A DNA stretch of 64,000 bases from Planctomycetota bacterium (lineage in GTDB: Bacteria > Planctomycetota > SZUA-567 > H5-PLA8): NCBI GenBank assembly GCA_045863855.1, contig BTVV01000003.1:1-64000 (forward strand), given 5' to 3'. The position numbers were made by a program, and so were the translations under genes. Shown piece by piece: positions 57,594 through 64,000 of this stretch. A model generated the notes under the pieces. That model was not told where the DNA came from. It worked only from the letters and a program-made list of their open reading frames with translations, and did not search any database. The stretch's first letter is position 1. Every line of letters begins with the position of its first letter.

Positions 57594-59145
57594 TCAGACG
57601 TGCGAAGACGGGATGGGCGCGGCATCGGGTTCGGGTTCGGGGTGTGGCGGTTCGACATTCAGCGCAAGGCGCGCGGCTTCGGCAGTGGATTGCATGCATC
57701 GAACTTCATGCACGGCGGCGCCGAGCCATAGGAACGGATACGAGCCGAGCATCACGAGCAGGTTGAAGCCGAAGACGAACATGAGCAACTCGTCGAAATC
57801 GTTCATTCGGCCGAAGTTGAACAAGATTTTGAGGAAGGTCAAGAACCCCAAGAGCGCGCAGGCGCAGCCCGTTCCAATCAACAAGTAGATCCCCCAAGAC
57901 TCCGGAGCCGATCTTGCGTTGCGTACCCCCGCAGCGTTGCGAGTACTTCCCATGAGGAGTGTTTCGAGGCCGCGCCGGCCGGCGTGGAGGCGCTTGAGCG
58001 CGATCCAGAACAGAAAAGCGAGGCCGCCGAAAGCGAGGTCTATCGAGAAAGTGACAAGGAACTCCTTGAAGTTGACGCTGCTTTCGTTGAGCCAGGCGCC
58101 AAAGTTGACCATGATGCCGGCGGGGAATGCGGCCAGTGCGATGCGGCTGATGGTGTCGGCCCAGGCCGGTTGCGGGGGTTGGCGCAGGCCGGCGTAGGCG
58201 CATTCAGAGAGGGCGGCATCGAAGGCACGGCCGAGCAGCGTGGCGCTGAAGCCGAGGGCGACGAACGAGAGCAAGAACAGGACCGGCGGAAGGATCGCTT
58301 CGTTGTTGCGGGAGAACCAGAACCAGCGGTCGACCATGAAGAACACGGTTAACAGGGCCGCGCCACCAAAGACCAGCATCCCGGCGATGGCCGAGGGACT
58401 CTCGAAGATCGGGCTGATGCGCGACTTGCCGTGCCTGCCGTTCAGGTGCAGCGCGAGGACACGCAAGCGAAATGAGGAACAGGTTGAGGTTTTCGAAGAG
58501 CAATCCCACGAGCATGCCGGCTCCGGCAATGAGCAAGCCGCCGATGACGACCAGAAACTCCTCGGATTCGAAGCCCGCGAACGCGACCATAAGGCCGCCG
58601 ACGCCGCCGGCGACGGAGGGCGGCAGAATGAATGGGAGATTGGAGCCGACGGGGCGCGGGAGCGAACCTTGGAGCTTGCCCCTGCGCCAGGCGAGGTGAA
58701 CCAGCGCGGCATCCAGCGGCCCCAAGCTGCGCGCGAGCGCCCAGAGGCCCCAGGCGAAGATCACGCCGCCGGGCCAATACAGCAAGCCCCAGCACCCTTC
58801 GACCTCCAACCTTCCGTACTGGAAAATCTCGGGGATGGCGAAGACGCCAAAAGCGAGCGCGCCGACGGCCGACGCCAGCAGCAGCACCGATGCGCAGACG
58901 GTGACGAGCACGAAGCCGCCGCCGGCGGGCTCACGCGTCGGAGGCGGATCCTCCGAGAACGAGCCGGTGCGCGGAGTTGGTTCGAGGGCGGCGTTCACGG
59001 CGAAGCGCATGCCGCAGTTCAGGCACTTCGTTTTGCCGTCGGCGCCCGGCACGACGTTGCGCAGCGTGGTTTCGCATTGCGGGCAGACGGCGGAGTCGAT
59101 GGCGGCGGGCGGGGCTTCCGGCGGCGACGCTTCGGGATCGGACAT
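57594..59145 (-). pseudogene. Zn-ribbon multi-pass membrane protein split by a frameshift near 58470-58473
   Basis: N-half (CPQC..CLNC plus TMs, GGAG RBS) becomes non-protein-like after ENLNLFL, exactly where a second frame starts reading FRLRVLALH plus more TMs; that frame has no good start of its own. Confidence 0.7.
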
Positions 59146-59168
59146 GCGCGGAGTCTCCGGCCGGCGCG

Positions 59169-61304
59169 TCAGGGCTGGGCGGGCGCGGGCGGCTTTCGAT
59201 ACACGGCTTCGATCACGTGGAACGGCAAACGTACTTCGCTGCCCATCAATTCGGCGACGAGATGCGTGGCGCCGATGGAGCGGATATCGAGATCGAAGGC
59301 GCTGCCTTGACGGAGCACCAGGCGCCAGAGGCGCGGCGCGGCCTGCGCCGGCTGCGCGCTTTCGGGGAAGACAAGATAGCGCGCGCTGGACAGATCGATG
59401 GGCCACTCGCCCGCGCCGTCCTTGGGATCGACGACCAGCTCGTTCGTTTCCAGATTCACGCGCAGGATCTCGGCGAGGTCCATGCGCGGGAGGCCCTGGG
59501 TAGGAAAGACGTTGGGGTCCTTGGGCTTGGCGGCTTCTTCGGGGGTTTCTTCGATCTGCGGGGAGGCCTCATCCTTCAAGGCCTGCTTCTGGCGGAATTC
59601 GACGCCGGTCTTTTCGTCCTTCTTCACGGCCAGCGCGACGGGCTCGGCCGTATCCAGCGCGGGATCGGGCCAGAGGTCGACCTTGCGCAGCAGGGCGCGC
59701 GGGAGGGTGAGCGTCACGCCGCCGGCGAGGCCGAGTTCGCAGGATTTGTCGTCGAGCTTGCGAAGCTGCGCGCGGAAGCATTCGCCGCTTTGCATCAGGA
59801 CGTCGTGCTGCAGGCGAACGCGCAGATCTTGCGCGGGGCCGTCCGGGGCGATGGTTTCGAGCGGCGGCTCGAACCGCGCGATGCGTTCGAGCGCGACCGG
59901 CCACGGCGCAGCTTGCGGATCGAGGAATGCGGGGCGCAGCGCCGCAGCCGAACCGGCCGGCGGATCGGCGGCTTCGCCCACGAGGCGTTGTCCGTCGGCG
60001 AGTTCCAGCAGCGCGAAGCGCTCGTCGCGCTCTACGGGCACGACGCGGTCGAAGAAGAGGTCGTCGATGCGCAGCACGGTTTCGCTTTGCGGATCGGTGC
60101 GGAAGAAACGCACGCGGTGGATGGGAATCTTGGATTTCACAGCCAGCCATTCGTGCCCCATGGCGCCGCCGGCGACGAGGTCGCTTTCCTGGCGGCTGAG
60201 CACGCGCAGGATGAGCTGCCCATGGCGGTCGAAGGCTTCCAGCCCGATCTGACCCGCGCCGGCGTTGGCAATCACGCAGCCGACGGCGTGCACGGCTCCG
60301 GGGCGGCCAGAGTTCTTTCCGGCTTCGAAACTTCCGGGGCGGATAAAGCGCGCTTCGATATCCCCGCGTCCACGCGGCGGATCGGCGGCGGCCGAGAGGC
60401 CGCGCGAGAAGCCCAGCAATTCTTCTCCGCCGTCGGCGACGACTTGCTGCGCGGCTTCGGTGGCGCGCAGTAGCAGACCCCATTCGGCGTAGGCGTGGCT
60501 CAGGTTCGCGCCGGCGGCCAGGTCGGACTTGCCATCCGACGGCTTATCGAACCCCGCGAAGCGTATGTCCGCCATTCCGGCCCACGGCGAGGCCGCCTGG
60601 CCGGCGGCCACCAGCGCGGTCTGTTCCCGATCGGCCAACGGATCGAAGCGTTCGGCGGCATCGTTGAGCGCGCGGGGCGGCGGCGCGCGCGCGAGGAGCG
60701 CTTCGCCGGCCGGAAGCTCCGGCAGCGCCACTCCTTCGGGTGCGGCGGTTAACGCGTGCAGCGTCTCGGGCGGAAACGTGACCGCATGCCAAGCGGTCTC
60801 CAGCGCCAGAGCCGTCAACTCGACCTTCCCAGACAGCGTGCGGCCGTCGGCGAGTCGGACGCGGTCGCCGCCGCCGGCTTCTTCGCTCAGGCCCAGCGCG
60901 CCGAGCAACTGCGCCGCTCGGGCCTGAACTTCGGCATCCGGCGAAGCGAGGGCCGCCTGTAGCGAAGGCGCGGCGCTGCGGCCCAGCGCGCGCAGCGCCT
61001 CCAGCGCTTTGCGCCGCGTCTCGTAGTTGTCGTCGCTGAGAGCCTGCACGGCCGCGCGCGCCTGTTCGTTGAGTGCGGGGGCTACGCGCATGCCCATCTT
61101 GAGTTCGCGCAGATCGATCCAGGGCAGCACGACGGGATCGGGGCTGGAGGTGCGCAGCGCGAGCGGCTCGGCATGGCGGACGCGCACGAACAGGCGGGTC
61201 CCGTCATGCGATTCGAGCGTCATGACCGGCGCGGGCGCTTCGCCGCTCCAACCGGGAGCCGCGAAGCCGGCCAGCGCCAGCAGGATCGGCAGCGCACGCT
61301 TCAT
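59169..61304 (-). CDS. Secreted hypothetical protein with a HEAT repeat
   Basis: Signal MKRALPILLALAG; LSDDNYETRRKALEALRALG..SPDAEVQARA; repeated L.DG..L.G beta modules. Confidence 0.8.
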   Translation of the reverse strand: MKRALPILLALAGFAAPGWSGEAPAPVMTLESHDGTRLFVRVRHAEPLALRTSSPDPVVLPWIDLRELKMGMRVAPALNEQARAAVQALSDDNYETRRKALEALRALGRSAAPSLQAALASPDAEVQARAAQLLGALGLSEEAGGGDRVRLADGRTLSGKVELTALALETAWHAVTFPPETLHALTAAPEGVALPELPAGEALLARAPPPRALNDAAERFDPLADREQTALVAAGQAASPWAGMADIRFAGFDKPSDGKSDLAAGANLSHAYAEWGLLLRATEAAQQVVADGGEELLGFSRGLSAAADPPRGRGDIEARFIRPGSFEAGKNSGRPGAVHAVGCVIANAGAGQIGLEAFDRHGQLILRVLSRQESDLVAGGAMGHEWLAVKSKIPIHRVRFFRTDPQSETVLRIDDLFFDRVVPVERDERFALLELADGQRLVGEAADPPAGSAAALRPAFLDPQAAPWPVALERIARFEPPLETIAPDGPAQDLRVRLQHDVLMQSGECFRAQLRKLDDKSCELGLAGGVTLTLPRALLRKVDLWPDPALDTAEPVALAVKKDEKTGVEFRQKQALKDEASPQIEETPEEAAKPKDPNVFPTQGLPRMDLAEILRVNLETNELVVDPKDGAGEWPIDLSSARYLVFPESAQPAQAAPRLWRLVLRQGSAFDLDIRSIGATHLVAELMGSEVRLPFHVIEAVYRKPPAPAQP

Positions 61305-61488
61305 CGCGTTCAAAGCATACGCTTGTTCGCGCGCCGAATCCATCGGTAGCCCGGCCTCCGTAAGTGCACGCCATGTAAAAGTTAATACGCAGATTCGGGT
61401 GCTTCTTTCGCTCCGGATCGAGCACCATCGTTTGGACGCCGGAGCGGGTGGCGCGTATGCTCACGGAATAGGAGGCCGAGCGGCGAAA

Positions 61489-62088
61489 ATGGTGGGTGCA
61501 ATTCTCGTGGGCGGGCGCTCCCAGCGCCTGGAAGGCGGCGATAAAACGCGTCTGCAGGTGCACGGCGAGCGTCTGATCGTGCGGCTGGCGGAATTCCTGA
61601 AGCCTTGGTGCGACGAATGCGTGCTGATCGGTCGGGAGGAGCAGTTGCCGGAGTTCGAGGCGCTGGGCGTTGGGGAAGGGCTGGCCGATCTGTACCCCGG
61701 CTGCGGCCCTTTCGGCGGCTTGTATACGGTGCTTGAAGACCGCGACGAGGATGTCTTCCTCGTGGCCTGCGACATGCCTTATCTGACGCCTTCGCTGCTG
61801 GAACGGTTGGTGCTGGCTTATCGCATGCCGCCGAAGTCGTTCGGTGCGCTCTTTAGGGTGCCGGATGCAGGCCGGTATCGGCTGGAGCCGCTGTGCAGTA
61901 TTTGGTCCCGCCAGTGCCGGCGACCGGCAAACGTGGCGTTGGAAGCCGGCGAGCGATCCGTCAGTGCGTTCGCCCAGAGCATGAACTTGCGCACCGTAGA
62001 TCTGAATTTAGAAGAGGCCGGCCTGCTGGCGAGCGTGAATTTCCGCCGCGATTTGGAGGGCCTGACGGGTATCATCGAGCTGCCGTAA
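61489..62088 (+). CDS. mobA: Molybdenum cofactor guanylyltransferase
   Basis: GAILVGGRSQRL.GGDK, DLYPGCGPFGGL, VACDMPYL, EPLCSIW; AGGAGG upstream. Confidence 0.88.
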   Translation: MVGAILVGGRSQRLEGGDKTRLQVHGERLIVRLAEFLKPWCDECVLIGREEQLPEFEALGVGEGLADLYPGCGPFGGLYTVLEDRDEDVFLVACDMPYLTPSLLERLVLAYRMPPKSFGALFRVPDAGRYRLEPLCSIWSRQCRRPANVALEAGERSVSAFAQSMNLRTVDLNLEEAGLLASVNFRRDLEGLTGIIELP

Positions 62089-62282
62089 TTCGTGTAAGTC
62101 ATTGATGTGTTATGGGTTGAATGAGACATGGGTCGGCGAAGGCAGGTGCTAATAATGCTTACGCCTTGGAAAGATGCCCAAACGCGAGGGGGAACGCATC
62201 TTTTAAATGCCAGTTCTACCGATTGACCGCGTTTGATGGTATATAGGTGAAGGGCATTCGGGGACGGTTAAGGGATCGCAAC

Positions 62283-62519
62283 ATGCAGAGCGAATTCAAC
62301 GACCGCAGCCTTGGCGGCGAGTCGTCGGAAGATCGTGGCAGCGGTTTCATGCCTCTCCAGCCTCCGATTTACATCAGTCTTTGGCGCATTCGAGCCAACG
62401 TCTTTCCACTCCTGACGGCCACGCTGGTTCGCTCTGTGGCGCCGCGCCTCTCTATTAAGACCAAGAAGGGCAAGGGGTTAAAGACTCCCCGGATGATGCT
62501 GCCCAACTTGCTTGGTTAG
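62283..62519 (+). CDS. Possible small hypothetical protein
   Basis: 78-aa ORF with a weak AAGGGA RBS in an otherwise empty 680-bp gap; no family recognised. Confidence 0.3.
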   Translation: MQSEFNDRSLGGESSEDRGSGFMPLQPPIYISLWRIRANVFPLLTATLVRSVAPRLSIKTKKGKGLKTPRMMLPNLLG

Positions 62520-62766
62520 CCTACCCAGCAATCTCCCATTTAACGAGCCTGCCGCCGCCTGAATACTTCAGGTGGTGCATGCGTTATAACGTGCAGCAGG
62601 TGAAAAGTCCGAAGCGTCCTCCACTTCGGTAGCTTAAGATTTCAACCGCATGGCCTGGCATTTAAACCGATACGTCCGGCGCAACCAGGACGCCGCCGGA
62701 TGGGAAGAGCGCTCCGCCGTAGGACGCGAGCCGGCCGGCTCGCCGCGGGGAACGCGCGAGGGAGGT

Positions 62767-63342
62767 ATGGGGATGGTACGGAACGAAACGAGGACTTGGG
62801 CGGTGGCTGGGCTGTTGGCGTTGGCGCTGTGTGCGCTTCCGGGGTTGCGCGCGGAAGAAGGCATGGGCGGCGAAGGCGGACCCAAGCCGGAAGGCGAAGC
62901 CAAGCCCGAAGGCGATAAGCCCAAGGCCGAAGGGCAGGGCTTCAACCTGGCCACGGTCGAGACGATTCAGGCCAAGCTGGGCGACGACAAGCTGACCGAC
63001 GAACAGAAGACCAAGATCGAAGCGCTGCGCGAACAGCTCAAGGCGAAATGGGAAGAGCTGCGCGGAAAAGAAGAAGTGAAAGCGGCGATGGATAAGATGA
63101 AAGAAGCCGCCGAGAAGAAGGATCGCGATGGCTTGAAGGCCGCGCGCGAGGAGCTGCAGAAGGCCACGGGCGGTTTCCAATTGATCGGCGAATACCGCAA
63201 GGGGCTGGGCGAAATCCTGACGCAGGAGCAGGTCGATAAGGCGATTCCGGCCCGCGCGCCGCGCGAAGGCAAGCGTGACGGCAAACGCGAAGGCGAAAAG
63301 AGCGGGGAAGGCGCGCCGGCCGAAGGCGGAGAAACCAAGTAG
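62767..63342 (+). CDS. Secreted helical Lys/Glu-rich protein (Spy/CpxP LTxxQ-like)
   Basis: GGAGG RBS; signal peptide ending LRA; LTDEQK and ILTQEQ motifs. Confidence 0.75.
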   Translation: MGMVRNETRTWAVAGLLALALCALPGLRAEEGMGGEGGPKPEGEAKPEGDKPKAEGQGFNLATVETIQAKLGDDKLTDEQKTKIEALREQLKAKWEELRGKEEVKAAMDKMKEAAEKKDRDGLKAAREELQKATGGFQLIGEYRKGLGEILTQEQVDKAIPARAPREGKRDGKREGEKSGEGAPAEGGETK

Positions 63343-63367
63343 GTCAAGGCTTGGACGGTTGAAGCCC

Positions 63368-63400
63368 AACGGCCTCCCGCAAGGGAGGCCGTTTCATTTT
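63368..63400. terminator. Terminator hairpin between convergent genes
   Basis: AACGGCCTCCC-GCAA-GGGAGGCCGTT. Confidence 0.75.
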
Positions 63401-63419
63401 GAGCGTTCTCGGAAACGCT

Positions 63420-64000
63420 TTAGCGGTCGTTACCGAAGATCCCGAAGCCGCCGCCGTCGGGCGGCGGGGCGCTGGACGCGTCGGTGGCGGCGTGTCCCGA
63501 GCCGCTGGCGCCGGCGGATTTGGCTTTGGGCGGCGGTTCGGCCGGAGCGGGCGTTGGCGGGGGTGCGGGCTTCATGCGCAAGCGCGTCGGCGGGCGCGTC
63601 TTCTGTGCGGCGGGCGCCGCGGATTCGGCGACGTCCTCGGTGTCGTCGCCTTCCGGGCCGGCGTCGAATTCGTCGTACTGCGCGGGAACGTAGCCGGGCT
63701 GGCGGCTGCGTTCGAGTTCTTCGTTAAAGTTCTTGAGGATCGCGTCCTGGAGTTCGTTGCGGCAGCGGCTGTTGATGGGATGGGCGATGTCGGCGTGGAG
63801 CTTGGCCCGGCCGCGGCTGTCGGTTCGGGAGCGGTTCTCGCCCTGACGCTTGCCGCACTGGTTGCAGTACTGCGCTTGCAGATGGTTCTTGGTTCCGCAC
63901 TGCGGGCAGCGGTCGGTCATTTTGCGGCTGGGCATGGCGACGAAGAGCGCGTTGTTGCCTTGGATCACGCGGATATCGCGCACGACGAAGCTCTGGTCGA
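63420..64000 (-). CDS. spoVG: SpoVG-family nucleic-acid-binding protein with Zn-ribbon insert (5'-truncated by window edge)
   Basis: FVVRDIRVIQGNNALFVAMPSRK..CPQC..CNQC..ADIAHPINS. Confidence 0.92.
   Translation of the reverse strand, partial: DQSFVVRDIRVIQGNNALFVAMPSRKMTDRCPQCGTKNHLQAQYCNQCGKRQGENRSRTDSRGRAKLHADIAHPINSRCRNELQDAILKNFNEELERSRQPGYVPAQYDEFDAGPEGDDTEDVAESAAPAAQKTRPPTRLRMKPAPPPTPAPAEPPPKAKSAGASGSGHAATDASSAPPPDGGGFGIFGNDR

Overview
GC-rich bacterial chromosome segment, most likely Planctomycetota (inferred from SpoVG with a Zn-ribbon insert, ECF/anti-sigma fused to a prenyltransferase-like domain, secreted HEAT/vWA/TPR proteins and the style of the attC sites). About 1.2-5.4 kb is an accessory patch: an integron gene-cassette array with no integrase in the window (CALIN-like), a decayed antitoxin and small palindromic repeats. 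The rest mixes housekeeping genes (lexA, UbiD-family decarboxylase, ubiE/menG, smpB, carB, rpsO, pnp, mobA, spoVG) with secreted proteins, a three-MFP ABC exporter operon and signalling genes. The three best leads are: (1) a secreted MerP/CopZ-like selenoprotein that the ORF track truncates, with an in-frame UGA in GMT-U-GGC and a SECIS-like hairpin; (2) a five-gene signalling cluster (Ser/Thr kinase, two ATPase-less MshEN/T2SSE_N proteins, an HU-REC-anti-sigma-kinase fusion and a STAS-Zn-ribbon-pseudokinase fusion); (3) an orphan predicted lipoprotein fusing FlgG-like and FlgC-like flagellar rod domains. All calls come from reading the sequence by eye; no searches were run, and start codons are best guesses.
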